A model generated the notes under the pieces. It saw only the letters and a list, made by a program, of their open reading frames with translations, ran no database searches and was not told the DNA's origin. A stretch of 64,000 nt of DNA, taken from Planctomycetota bacterium. GTDB taxonomy: Bacteria; Planctomycetota; UBA11346. Location of the stretch: positions 1-64,000 of the forward strand of contig JBBRLJ010000024.1 of NCBI GenBank assembly GCA_038231435.1, read 5' to 3'. Both the position numbers and the translations under genes were made by a program. Below, in pieces: positions 36,996 through 48,096 of the stretch; positions within the stretch are counted from its first letter, which is position 1; every line of letters starts with the position of its first letter.

Positions 36996-39578
36996 ATGCC
37001 AGGCCCCATGGAGAGTTCGATCCTCAGCGTCTCGCTGGTGGACCTGCCCGGCCTGATCCAGTCCATCGCCTCGCGACGTCGCTCGGGAGTGCTGACGGTA
37101 CGCCACAAGGACAACAGCCAGGAGCGCCGCGTGCGCTTCGGCGGAGGCATGATCAACGCCGTGACCGGTGGTGATCCCGACGCCTTCGGCAAGGCGCTGG
37201 TATGGGCGGGGGTCCTGACCTTGCCGCAGTATCATGCGTCGCTCTTGCGCGTCGGTGACCACTGCCCGCCGGAGAAGCTGCTCAAGGCGCTGGTGAACGC
37301 GAAGGTGATCACTCCCGATGGCGTGCTCGATGCGCTCGATTGCTACATCGAGGAGGAGTTCACCACCATCCTCGGCTGGCAGCAGCCGGAGCTGTCGTTC
37401 AACGAGGTCATCATCGCCGACGAGTGGGGCGTCGCCCAGGCCAAGACCGGCTTGGCGGTGAATCCCGGATCGATGCTGCTCGAATCGCTACGCCGGCAGG
37501 ACGAGCTCGGCACCATCGCCGAGCTGATCCCCGACCAGTGGGACGCGCTCTTCCGCGTGCCGTCGGTTGCCTCGCCCGACGATCTGCACGCCGACGCCAA
37601 GCATATCCTGAGCGATTGGACGGATGGGACGGCGGTCAACGCCATCCTCGATCATCCGACACTTCCGCCATTCCGTTCGAAGCTCGCGCTCGGCATCCTC
37701 TTCCGCCACGGCCTGCTGCGCGTGGCGAACGTCAATGAGCTGGTGGTCGAGGCCGACGCCGCGTACGCGAACGGCTACCATCAGAACGCCTACGGCCTCT
37801 ATCGCCGCACCCTCGGCTACGGGATGGACAACGCCCGCATCCACATGCATCTCGCCGAACTCGCCGAGCGCTTCGGCGATAATGCGGCCGCGGCGACGTC
37901 GTTCATGGCCGCGGCGCAGCAGATGTCCGATCCAAACGCCACGGTGGTGGCGCTGCGCAACGCACTGCGCCTGGGCGCGGATAAAGAGGCGGTGCTGACG
38001 CAGATGGTGGCGCTGAACCTGCAGCTCGGCAGCGACGCCGATTCGGTCGCGAGCATGCTCATGCTCGCCGAGTTCTACGGCGAGAAGGGCAGCTACCAGC
38101 AGGCCATCCAATCGGTGCGCGAAGCCCAGGGAATCGGCGCCGATCGCGGTACCACTGCCCTGATGATCGCGCGCTTCTCGCGCTCCGACGGCGACACCGA
38201 GCAGGCGGCGCTCCAGCTCGAGCTGGCCGCGCGCGCCTTCCACGAGAACGACCGCACTGATCAGGCGATCAACGCCTGGCGCGAGCTGCTGAAGCTGCTG
38301 CCTGGACGCTGCGAATACGCCAAGGAATGCGCCGAGCTGCTGGTATGGACTAGTCAGAAGGCCGAGGCGATCGCGGTATTGCGCGCTGCCATAGCGTCGC
38401 AGAAGGAGGCCGGAGAGGACATCCTGCTGCAGATCTACGAGTTGCTCAGCCAGCTCGATCCGGCCGATGTCGATGCCCATGACTGGCTTGCCTCGGCCTA
38501 TGAGCGCCGGCGCGACCGCGACGGCGCCACCAAGCAGCTGCGGCTGTCGGCGCAGGCGCAGGAGAAGGCCAAGGATTTCGCAGAGCTGGCGCAGACCCTC
38601 GAGCGCATCGTCGAGCTCGGTGGCGAGAAGATCGAGAACTACGGCTGGCTGGCGCGCACCCGCGTCAAGCTGCGTCAGGAGTCGCTCGCCAGCGACGCCT
38701 ACTGCAACGCCATCGACGCCGCCCTGGCGCTCGGCTTGCTCAAGGAAGCGCGTCCGATCATCGAGACCGCGCTCGAGAGCCTGCCGGCGAGCATGGGCTT
38801 GCGCGTGCGACTGGCGCAGGTCGCGAATCGCGAGGGCGACCGCACCACCGCCATCAAGCAGTTCCTCGCCGCCGCGGAGCTCGCGCGCGGCGCCGGTGCC
38901 CTGGAAGTGGCTCGCGACATGCTCGTGCAGGCCTGCCGCCTGCGGCCAGACGATCTGTCTTCTCGCGTGCGCCTCGCCGAAGTCGCCGAGGAGCTCAAGG
39001 ACCAGAACCTCGACGCCATCCTCTCAGAGGTGGTGAATGTCGCCGTGCGCTCGACCAACCACGGCATCGCCCTCGAGCACGCCCGCAAGCGCATCGTCGC
39101 CACCGCGGGTACCGCGTACGAGCCGCGCCTCGAGCTGCTCGAGCTGCTGCGCCTGTGCGGCGACACCACCGGCCAGCTGGCCACCGGCAAGCAGCTGCTG
39201 ATGGAGCTGCTTGAGCAGGGGGAATTCGAGAAGGCGGTCGAGGTGCTCAGCCGCCTGGTCGCCAGCCATCCCAAGAACTCGGAGCTGGTCCTCCAGCTCG
39301 CCGAGGTCTACGCCGCGCTCGGCGACGAACGACAGGCCTTCCGTTTCTACAAGCACGTCATCCCGCTGCTGCAGCTCGACGACAAGGCGGTCGAAGCGCG
39401 CGCGGCGCTTGACCTGCTCGAGGGCATGTGCGACGAACACGAGCTGCCGGGCATCGCTCAGGCGCGTGATCGTCTGGACAAGGGCCAGGTCATCGACTGG
39501 GACAAGATCCGCCGCGACCTCGAGCTCGGTCAGCGGCGCAAAGCCGTGGGCCGGGTGGTACAGCCGGGGTTGGATTAG
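36996..39578 (+). CDS. Large TPR protein with N-terminal DUF4388-like domain
   Basis: SLVDLPGLIQSIA...SGVLTV, LLESLRRQDE; long helical repeats. Confidence 0.8.
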   Translation: MPGPMESSILSVSLVDLPGLIQSIASRRRSGVLTVRHKDNSQERRVRFGGGMINAVTGGDPDAFGKALVWAGVLTLPQYHASLLRVGDHCPPEKLLKALVNAKVITPDGVLDALDCYIEEEFTTILGWQQPELSFNEVIIADEWGVAQAKTGLAVNPGSMLLESLRRQDELGTIAELIPDQWDALFRVPSVASPDDLHADAKHILSDWTDGTAVNAILDHPTLPPFRSKLALGILFRHGLLRVANVNELVVEADAAYANGYHQNAYGLYRRTLGYGMDNARIHMHLAELAERFGDNAAAATSFMAAAQQMSDPNATVVALRNALRLGADKEAVLTQMVALNLQLGSDADSVASMLMLAEFYGEKGSYQQAIQSVREAQGIGADRGTTALMIARFSRSDGDTEQAALQLELAARAFHENDRTDQAINAWRELLKLLPGRCEYAKECAELLVWTSQKAEAIAVLRAAIASQKEAGEDILLQIYELLSQLDPADVDAHDWLASAYERRRDRDGATKQLRLSAQAQEKAKDFAELAQTLERIVELGGEKIENYGWLARTRVKLRQESLASDAYCNAIDAALALGLLKEARPIIETALESLPASMGLRVRLAQVANREGDRTTAIKQFLAAAELARGAGALEVARDMLVQACRLRPDDLSSRVRLAEVAEELKDQNLDAILSEVVNVAVRSTNHGIALEHARKRIVATAGTAYEPRLELLELLRLCGDTTGQLATGKQLLMELLEQGEFEKAVEVLSRLVASHPKNSELVLQLAEVYAALGDERQAFRFYKHVIPLLQLDDKAVEARAALDLLEGMCDEHELPGIAQARDRLDKGQVIDWDKIRRDLELGQRRKAVGRVVQPGLD

Positions 39579-39642
39579 GGAGTGTGTGGGGTGTGGTTGG
39601 GATGTGGACGTTCACCACGTGCTGTCCACCAAGCACCATACA

Positions 39643-40875
<1,233 letters not shown>

Positions 40876-41008
40876 GTTCCGATGCTACGGACGCGGCCAC
40901 CAAAACGAGCGCGATTGCCCTATCGAACCAGTCACTAGCGGGCGATGCTTGATCACGATCCCTCTTCGCCGGGCATCGACCACGGACCACCGACTACGGA
41001 CGTTTCCC

Positions 41009-42256
41009 TCACCCCGCCAGCGAGCCGAGCACCTCGCGCCCGGCGAGTTCGCGCATGCCTGGTTGGCGCAGCAGCCCGCTGACCTCGGCGGCGAAGCCGC
41101 CGGTGAGCAGGGTGCGCGCCTGTTCGGCGCCGATGCCGCGCGCGCGCAGGTAGAACAGTTCGTCGGCGTCGAGCTGACCGACGGTGGCGCCGTGGCTCGC
41201 CTTGACGTCATCGGCGAGGATGTCGAGCTGCGGCCGGGTGTCGACGCGCGCCTTCGCCGAGAGCAGCAGGTTGTTGTTCCGCTGCGCGGCCGAGGCCAGA
41301 TCCGCGCCGTGGTCGATCGCGACCAGGCCATCGAAGCTCGCGATCGCCGAGCCGTCGACGATGTTCTTGAACAGCTGCGTGCTGGTGTTCTGGCCGGAGC
41401 GATGCGCGAGGCGCACCACGTCGTGGGCCTGGCGCTGGCCATCGAGGACGCTCAGCGAGCGCAGCTCGAGAGCGCAGCCGACGCCGCCGAGTTCGGCGCG
41501 CACCCGCGTGCGTGCCAGCTCGGCGCCGGCGCGCGCGCTTGTCCAAGATACCTGGGCATCGCGCGCGAGATCGAGCCGGTTCGCCGGGAACAGCTGCGCG
41601 GCAGCGGCCGCGGGTCCGTACTGCAGCTCGTCAACGCGTAGCGACGAACCCTGTCCGGCCTCGACCTCGATGCCCAGGCACGAGCGCGAGCGGCCGAGCG
41701 CGACCTGCGACACCGCCAGATCCAGCGCGGCGCCGGGTGAGAGCTCGATGACGATCCGGCCCGCGCTGGCGCCGCCGGTGGCGAACGACAGCACGTGCAC
41801 CGGCGCGGTAGCGAGCCCGCGCACGCGCAGTCGGGCGCCGCCGACGCAATCGGCGAACGACCAGCAGATGGCGAGGTCGTCGGTCGCGTCCAGCTCGGCG
41901 CGCCAGCGCGCCACCAGGAGCCGGCCATCGCTCTCGGACAGCTGGAGGAGGTCGTCGACGGCGATCTGCGCCGGGATCGAGGCGAGGTTCGAGAGATCGG
42001 CGCGGTAAGCGCCGTCGACGAACACGATACAGGCGGGCAGACCGCGCACGCGGTGCGTATCTATCTCGCTCACGGTCACGGCACGCCGTGAGGTGGCGAT
42101 CGGCTGCTTGAGCGGCGCCAGCTGCACATAGCGCCAATCCTCGAGCGCGGTGGTCGGCGGCCCGAGCACCGCGGCGCGCGCCGTGGCCGCGGCGCGCAGC
42201 TCGGCGAAGGCGGTGCCCCAGGCAGCTGGAGCGCTGGGCCCTCCTTGGCTGGACAT
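41009..42256 (-). CDS. sufD: Fe-S cluster assembly protein SufD
   Basis: EDWRY, NNNLLLS..ARVDTRPQLDILADDVKASHGATVGQLD, FYLRARGI. Confidence 0.93.
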   Translation of the reverse strand: MSSQGGPSAPAAWGTAFAELRAAATARAAVLGPPTTALEDWRYVQLAPLKQPIATSRRAVTVSEIDTHRVRGLPACIVFVDGAYRADLSNLASIPAQIAVDDLLQLSESDGRLLVARWRAELDATDDLAICWSFADCVGGARLRVRGLATAPVHVLSFATGGASAGRIVIELSPGAALDLAVSQVALGRSRSCLGIEVEAGQGSSLRVDELQYGPAAAAAQLFPANRLDLARDAQVSWTSARAGAELARTRVRAELGGVGCALELRSLSVLDGQRQAHDVVRLAHRSGQNTSTQLFKNIVDGSAIASFDGLVAIDHGADLASAAQRNNNLLLSAKARVDTRPQLDILADDVKASHGATVGQLDADELFYLRARGIGAEQARTLLTGGFAAEVSGLLRQPGMRELAGREVLGSLAG

Positions 42257-42339
42257 CAGGCGTCCGCTCCGCGGCCACTCATGGCGCGTTGCGCGGAGAG
42301 GGCGCGATGCTCGGGGATGACGCGACGCTCGGCGGACAT
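42256..42339 (-). other. Bridging mini-ORF (27 aa) between sufC and sufD
   Basis: ATG 1 nt after the sufC TGA; ends TGATG on the sufD start. Confidence 0.5.
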
Positions 42340-42340
42340 C

Positions 42341-43084
42341 TCAGGTGCGATCCAGCCAGTCGTAGCCCTTGGCCTCGAGTTCGATCGCGAGCTCCTTACC
42401 GCCACTCGTGACGATGGTTCCGCCAGCGAGCACGTGCACGCGGTCCGGAACCACCAGCTCGAGCAGGCGCTGGTAATGCGTGATCAGCACGATGCCGCGA
42501 TCGGAACGGCGGTAGGCCTCGATGCCGCGCGCGACCACGCGCAGCGCGTCGATGTCGAGCCCGCTGTCGGTCTCGTCCAGGATCGCGAGCGTCGGCTCGA
42601 GCACCACCATCTGCAGGATCTCATTGCGCTTCTTCTGCCCGCCCGAGAAGCCTGCGTTCAGTTGGCGGTCACGCAGCACCTCGTCGAGCTCGACATCTTC
42701 CATGCGCTTGTGCAGGATCGGCGCGAAGGCCTTGGCATCGAGCTCGGGTTGGCCGGTGGCCTTGCGCTTGGCGTTCAGGGCCATGCGCAGGAAGTCGGCG
42801 TTGTTCACGCCCGGGACCTCGACCGGATACTGGAAGCCGATGAAGATCCCCGAAGTGGCGCGGACCTCGGGCGCGACGCCGGCGAGATCCCTGCCCTGGA
42901 AGGTGATCGAGCCCGAGGTGACCTCGTACGCCGGATGCCCGGCGATGACCTTGCTCAGCGTGCTCTTGCCGGAACCGTTCGGGCCCATGATCGCATGCAC
43001 CTCGCCGGCCTTCACGGTCAACGACAGCTCCTTGAGGATCGGCTGGCCGTTCACACCGGCGCACAGCCTGTCGATCACCAGCAT
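42341..43084 (-). CDS. sufC: Fe-S cluster assembly ATPase SufC
   Basis: GPNGSGKST, FQYPVEVPGV, FSGGQKKRNEILQ, LDETDSGLDIDAL, ITHYQRLL. Confidence 0.97.
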   Translation of the reverse strand: MLVIDRLCAGVNGQPILKELSLTVKAGEVHAIMGPNGSGKSTLSKVIAGHPAYEVTSGSITFQGRDLAGVAPEVRATSGIFIGFQYPVEVPGVNNADFLRMALNAKRKATGQPELDAKAFAPILHKRMEDVELDEVLRDRQLNAGFSGGQKKRNEILQMVVLEPTLAILDETDSGLDIDALRVVARGIEAYRRSDRGIVLITHYQRLLELVVPDRVHVLAGGTIVTSGGKELAIELEAKGYDWLDRT

Positions 43085-43114
43085 GAAAGTTCCCCGGATG
43101 CGGAGTCGCCGCGG

Positions 43115-44578
43115 TCAGCCAACCGAATTCTCCAGCTTGAGGGTCAGCAGCTTCTGCGCCTCGGCGGCGAACTCCAGGGGCAGCACCGCGAGCACGTCCT
43201 TGCAGAAGCCCGAGACGATCGCGCCGACCGCCTCCTCGTGCCCGATGCCGCGCGAACGGAAATAGAAGAGCTGATCCTCGCTGATCTTCGAGGTGGTGGC
43301 CTCGTGCTCGATCTGGGCGCCGGGGTTGTTGACGTCGATGTAGGGATAGGTGTGGGCGGTGCAGTCCTTACCGACCAGCATGCTGTCGCACTGGGTGAAG
43401 TTGCGCGCGCCCTCGGCCTTTGGATGCACCTTCACCAGGCCACGGTAGACGTTCGAGGAATGGTCGGCGGCGATGCCCTTCGAGATGATCGTCGAGCGGG
43501 TGTTCTTGCCGAGATGGATCATTTTGGTGCCGGTGTCGGCTTGCATGCGGCCGTTGGTCAGCGCCACCGAGTAGAACTCGCCCACCGAATCGTCGCCCTG
43601 CAGGATGCAGCTCGGATACTTCCAGGTGATGGCCGAGCCGGTCTCGACCTGGGTCCAGCTGATCTTGGATCGCTTGCCGCGGCAGGCGCCGCGCTTGGTG
43701 ACGAAGTTGTAGACCCCGCCCTCGCCGGTGAGCGGGTCGCCCGCGTACCAGTTCTGCACGGTGGAATACTTGATCTCGGCGTCGTCGAGCGTGACCAGCT
43801 CGACCACCGCCGCGTGCAGCTGGTGCTTCGAGGACTTGGGCGCGGTGCAGCCCTCGAGGTAGCTGACATGGGCGCCGACGTCGGCGATGATCAAGGTGCG
43901 CTCGAACTGGCCGGCGTCGAGGTTGTTGATGCGGAAGTAGGTCGACAGCTCGAGCGGGCAGCGCGTGAACGGAGGGATGTAGACGAACGAGCCGTCGGAG
44001 AACACCGCGCTGTTGAGCGCGGCGAAGTAGTTGTCGGCCGACGGCACCACGGATCCCAGCCAGCGCTCGACCAGCCGCGGGAACTGGTGCACCGCCTCGT
44101 TGAAGCTGCAGAAGATCACCCCGGCATCGAACAGCTTGGCCTGGTGGGTGGTGGCGATGGACATGGAATCGAAGACCGCATCGACCGCGACGCCGCTCAG
44201 GCGTTTCTGCTCGTCGAGCGGGATGCCGAGCTTGGCGAAGGTGGCGATGATCTCGGGGTCCACCTCGTCGAGCGAGTTGTAGGTTGGTTTATCCGGCTTC
44301 TCGTTCTTGGCCTTGGGCGCCGAGAAGTACTGGATCGACTGGTAGTCGATCGGCGGGTAGTCGATGTGCGCCCAGTCGGGCTCCTCCATCTTGGAGAACA
44401 CCTCGAAGGCCTTCAGCCGGAACTTGAGCAGGAATTCGGGTTCGTGGCGCGCCGCCGAGATCGCCCGCACCACCTCGGCGTTCAGGCCGCGCCCGAACGC
44501 CACCGCCTCGACGGCGGTGGAGAAGCCGTACTTGTAGGCTTGGTCGTCGGCCGAGAAGCCCGCTGGTTCGTCGCTCAT
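43115..44578 (-). CDS. sufB: Fe-S cluster assembly protein SufB
   Basis: [48 protein letters not shown]. Confidence 0.97.
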   Translation of the reverse strand: MSDEPAGFSADDQAYKYGFSTAVEAVAFGRGLNAEVVRAISAARHEPEFLLKFRLKAFEVFSKMEEPDWAHIDYPPIDYQSIQYFSAPKAKNEKPDKPTYNSLDEVDPEIIATFAKLGIPLDEQKRLSGVAVDAVFDSMSIATTHQAKLFDAGVIFCSFNEAVHQFPRLVERWLGSVVPSADNYFAALNSAVFSDGSFVYIPPFTRCPLELSTYFRINNLDAGQFERTLIIADVGAHVSYLEGCTAPKSSKHQLHAAVVELVTLDDAEIKYSTVQNWYAGDPLTGEGGVYNFVTKRGACRGKRSKISWTQVETGSAITWKYPSCILQGDDSVGEFYSVALTNGRMQADTGTKMIHLGKNTRSTIISKGIAADHSSNVYRGLVKVHPKAEGARNFTQCDSMLVGKDCTAHTYPYIDVNNPGAQIEHEATTSKISEDQLFYFRSRGIGHEEAVGAIVSGFCKDVLAVLPLEFAAEAQKLLTLKLENSVG

Positions 44579-45363
44579 GGCGCATCCTTCGGCGGCTTCA
44601 ACGTGGCATCCACGGTCAGGAGCGGGTGGATCCCGCCGCGCAGGGCATCCTCGAGGAACCGGGCCAACGTCGGCACCTGGTCCGCCGCCACCGCGCTGAA
44701 CTCGATCACCACCCGGAAATCGTCGTGGAGACCGGTGATGGAATAGCTCGGAACCCCGGGCGGGGGCGATCCTCCGGCGGAGGCGGTCATTCCGGGCATG
44801 CGCTGGCGGAGGGTGGGCTCCGCCAGCGCATCCACTCTAGCGATCTTCTTCAGCAAGGAGAGCGGCAACCAGGCTTCATCCACCGCCGTCCAATCCTGCT
44901 TGCGCTTGCGCTGGTAGACCGGCGTTTCCGCGGGTTTGGTCAGGAGCGTGACCCGTGGTAACTCCGCCTCAGCGAGTATCTGGACCTCGCCGATGAATTC
45001 GGCTGCCGCCAGCGCGTCCTCGGCCAAGGCCGGGGTGGCCGGATCGTCGCGCAGTAGCGCCTCGATCTGCTCCACAGTCAGTCGGCAGGCATCGGATACG
45101 GTGCGTCCGCGCACCGATTCGGTGAAGACGTCGGCAAGGGCGTGGCTGGCGAGCGAGCCGAAGGCCAGGAAGCGCGAATCCTCGATGACCCGGGTGGCCA
45201 GGTCGACCAGCCAGTAGATCCGGCACTGGCCAGCGCCATCGGCCACCGACAGCAGCCCGAGCTGCCGGCGGGCGGCGTCGATGGGCATGAAGGAGCCGCG
45301 CGTCCGCGGTTTGCGCAGGCGGGCCTCGGCTTTCGCCGACATTCCGATGACGCCGCTGGCCAT
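44575..45363 (-). CDS. NifU/IscU-like scaffold homologue (degenerate)
   Basis: RIYWLVD...[10 protein letters not shown]...GRTV..A; C-terminal NifU-C-like W..LS..KKIA; ATGA overlap with sufB. Confidence 0.7.
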   Translation of the reverse strand: MASGVIGMSAKAEARLRKPRTRGSFMPIDAARRQLGLLSVADGAGQCRIYWLVDLATRVIEDSRFLAFGSLASHALADVFTESVRGRTVSDACRLTVEQIEALLRDDPATPALAEDALAAAEFIGEVQILAEAELPRVTLLTKPAETPVYQRKRKQDWTAVDEAWLPLSLLKKIARVDALAEPTLRQRMPGMTASAGGSPPPGVPSYSITGLHDDFRVVIEFSAVAADQVPTLARFLEDALRGGIHPLLTVDATLKPPKDAP

Positions 45364-45524
45364 GCTGGCACCGTAGACCGGCGATAGGGGGCTGCAATCG
45401 GCGCTGCCTTCAGCACCGACGTCGGCACACGGCGTGGCAGCTGCCCGGCGGCGAACTTGTGGGCGCGCCGCCGTCGTCCAGGATCCCATTGGCACTGCGA
45501 GGCACTGCGAGGCATGAGGACGGC

Positions 45525-46532
45525 ATGAAGAACCTGGTCACCGGCGCCGCTGGCTTCATCGGCTTCCACGTCTGCCAGCGCCTGCTCGCCCGCGGCGACG
45601 AGGTGGTAGGCATCGACAACGTAAACGCCTATTACGATCCGGGGCTGAAGCAGGCCCGTCTGGCCCAGCTCGATGGCAAGCCCGGCTTCCGCTTCCAGCG
45701 CCTGGACCTCGCCGATCGCGAAGGCATGGACGCGCTGTTCAAGAACGGGGACTTCAAGCGCGTGGTGCATCTCGGGGCCCAGGCCGGCGTGCGCTACAGC
45801 ATCGAGAATCCCCGCGCCTACGTCGACAGCAACCTGGTCGGATTCGTCAACGTGCTCGAGCCGTGCCGCCACCACCGCATCGAGCATCTGGTCTACGCGA
45901 GCTCGAGCTCGGTGTATGGGCTCAACAGCGCGATGCCGTTCAGCGTCGAGCACAACGTCGATCACCCCGTCAGCCTGTACGCGGCGACCAAGAAGGCCAA
46001 CGAGCTGATGGCCCACACCTACAGCCATCTCTACCGGCTACCCACCACCGGCCTGCGTTTCTTCACGGTCTACGGCCCGTGGGGGCGTCCGGACATGGCC
46101 TATTGGTCGTTCACCGAGGCGATCCTCGCTGGCAAGCCCATCGACGTCTTCAACCACGGCAAGATGCGCCGCGATTTCACCTACATCGACGACATCGTCG
46201 AGGGCGTGGTGCGGGTGCTCGATCGCGTGCCGGTGCCCGATCCGGCCTGGAACGCCGCCGCGCCTTCTGCGGCGTCGAGCCCGGCCCCGTACCGGGTCTA
46301 CAACATCGGCAACAACCAGCCGATCGAGCTCAACCGCTTCATCGCCGCCATCGAGAAGGCCGTCGGGAAGCAAGCCGAGCAGCGCTTCCTGCCCATGCAG
46401 CCAGGCGACGTGGTGGCCACCGCCGCCGACGTCAGCGACCTCGCAGAGGCGGTAGGGTTCTCGCCCGACACGCCGATCGAGACCGGGATCGAGCGCTTCG
46501 TGGCCTGGTACCGCTCCTACCGCGCTTCCTGA
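45525..46532 (+). CDS. NAD-dependent epimerase (UDP-glucuronate 4-epimerase type)
   Basis: VTGAAGFIG, AQAGVRYS.ENP, YASSSSVYG, YAATKKANE, FFTVYGPWGRPDMA. Confidence 0.95.
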   Translation: MKNLVTGAAGFIGFHVCQRLLARGDEVVGIDNVNAYYDPGLKQARLAQLDGKPGFRFQRLDLADREGMDALFKNGDFKRVVHLGAQAGVRYSIENPRAYVDSNLVGFVNVLEPCRHHRIEHLVYASSSSVYGLNSAMPFSVEHNVDHPVSLYAATKKANELMAHTYSHLYRLPTTGLRFFTVYGPWGRPDMAYWSFTEAILAGKPIDVFNHGKMRRDFTYIDDIVEGVVRVLDRVPVPDPAWNAAAPSAASSPAPYRVYNIGNNQPIELNRFIAAIEKAVGKQAEQRFLPMQPGDVVATAADVSDLAEAVGFSPDTPIETGIERFVAWYRSYRAS

Positions 46533-46809
46533 AGAGACTCCCGCGCGATCCGCACGACGCCTAGGCATCTGCGAGGGTCTCGCGAAGGCCCCGGTGCGAT
46601 TGCCGCAGGCTCCATGAGATACGGGACTTGCGTCTAAAATGACAGGTCCAGACTAGATCCGTTTACCCGCACTCCTCCGGTTCACGGATGATTCGGCGTA
46701 TCCCGCCCAGGCACCGTCCCAGGTGTCGCGCGCGGAGCGTGCCCCTACCCTATGTGCGAATGGCACAGGACCCATCCAGCATGACCCCCAGCAACGAGCG
46801 ATCGATCAG

Positions 46810-48096
46810 ATGAGCCTGTGCCTCACCCAGCGCATCGAGGAGATCACGTGCCGCGTGACCGGTCGCGCCCAGTCGTTGTTCCAGGCCGACTGCGACGCGC
46901 GCGCCGACCAGATCCGCGAGGCCATCCGCGGGCGGCGCATCCTGGTCGCCGGCGGCGCCGGTTCGATCGGCTCGGCGACCATCATCGAGCTGTTGCGCCA
47001 CCGCCCGGCGGCACTGGCGGTCCTCGATCCGAGCGAGAACAACCTCGCCGAACTGGTGCGCACCATCCGCGCGGGCGATGGTTTCTCGGGCGAGCTCTCG
47101 ATCGAACCGCTGCCGTATGGCAGCGCGATCGCGCGCGCGTATCTGGCGTCGCAAAAGCCCTTCGATCTGGTTCTCTCGTTCGCCGCTCTCAAGCACGTGC
47201 GCTCGGAACGCGATTCGTTCTCGAGCCTGCGCATGCTCGAGGTGAATCTCCTCGAGGCCGATCACTTCCTCGCGTCATTGCGTCTGCATGGTCATGGCAA
47301 GCACGGGGTGTTCTTCGTTTCGACCGACAAGGCGGCGAATCCAGTGAGCTTGATGGGCGCATCGAAGCGCGCGATGGAGCTGCTGCTCCATGCTCACAGC
47401 CAGTCCGGTGCTCCAACCAGCCTGATCCCTGGAGATCGACCGCTGCCACCCATGGCGGAATTGAAGAAGATCACGTCCACGCGTTTCGCGAATGTCGCTT
47501 TCAGTGATGGAAGTCTGCCGTGGGGATTCCTGCAACGGCTCGAGAAGTCCCAGCCCTTGGCGGCACCGAAGGACATCCGACGCTACTTGGTGTCGCCACG
47601 CGAATCCGGTCAGCTGTGTATGCTCGCCGCGCTGTGTTGCGCCCATCAATGCCTGATGATTCCGGATCTCGACCCCGCTCGCGATCTGGTGTCATTCATC
47701 GACATCGCTGCCGAGACGCTGCGCGCCCACGGCTTGGAGCCTGCATGGTACGATGATGAGGCGTCGGCGCGCGCGCATCTCGCGACCGACCGCGCGGCCA
47801 AGCGCTATCCGGTGCTGCGCACCATATCCGATACCAGCGGCGAGAAGGAGATCGAGGAGTTCGTAGGATCCGGTGAGCAAGCGATCGATATCGGTCTGAA
47901 GTCGGTGAGGTCGGTCGCGATACGAGGAGTTGGTCACTCTCGTGTATCGGCGCTGCTCATGTCTCTCGATATGTCTGCTGATTACGAAAAGAAGCATTCG
48001 TCCGAGAACAAGCGCGACTTCGTGAAGGAACTCGAATATTTTCTTCCAGGCTTCGCCCACCGCGAGACCGGCCGCTCGCTCGATGGGAAGATGTGA
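46810..48096 (+). CDS. NDP-GlcNAc 4,6-dehydratase (LegB/PglF-like, soluble)
   Basis: GGAGSIG, AALKHVRSERD, STDKAANP..LMGASKR, RFANVAFSDGSL. Confidence 0.88.
   Translation: MSLCLTQRIEEITCRVTGRAQSLFQADCDARADQIREAIRGRRILVAGGAGSIGSATIIELLRHRPAALAVLDPSENNLAELVRTIRAGDGFSGELSIEPLPYGSAIARAYLASQKPFDLVLSFAALKHVRSERDSFSSLRMLEVNLLEADHFLASLRLHGHGKHGVFFVSTDKAANPVSLMGASKRAMELLLHAHSQSGAPTSLIPGDRPLPPMAELKKITSTRFANVAFSDGSLPWGFLQRLEKSQPLAAPKDIRRYLVSPRESGQLCMLAALCCAHQCLMIPDLDPARDLVSFIDIAAETLRAHGLEPAWYDDEASARAHLATDRAAKRYPVLRTISDTSGEKEIEEFVGSGEQAIDIGLKSVRSVAIRGVGHSRVSALLMSLDMSADYEKKHSSENKRDFVKELEYFLPGFAHRETGRSLDGKM

Noticed and set aside
43085..43114. Bridging ORF between sufB and sufC (also folC-cysM and M48-TPR gaps)
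   Set aside because: No overlapping start at the upstream stop; cysM and sufC have SD-like sequences. Bridging is therefore not universal in this window.
46560..46800. ops/JUMPStart antitermination element before the glycan operon
   Set aside because: No GGCGGTAG-type motif seen; only a weak spaced inverted repeat (CGCAGG-N17-CTTGCG) that I cannot assign.
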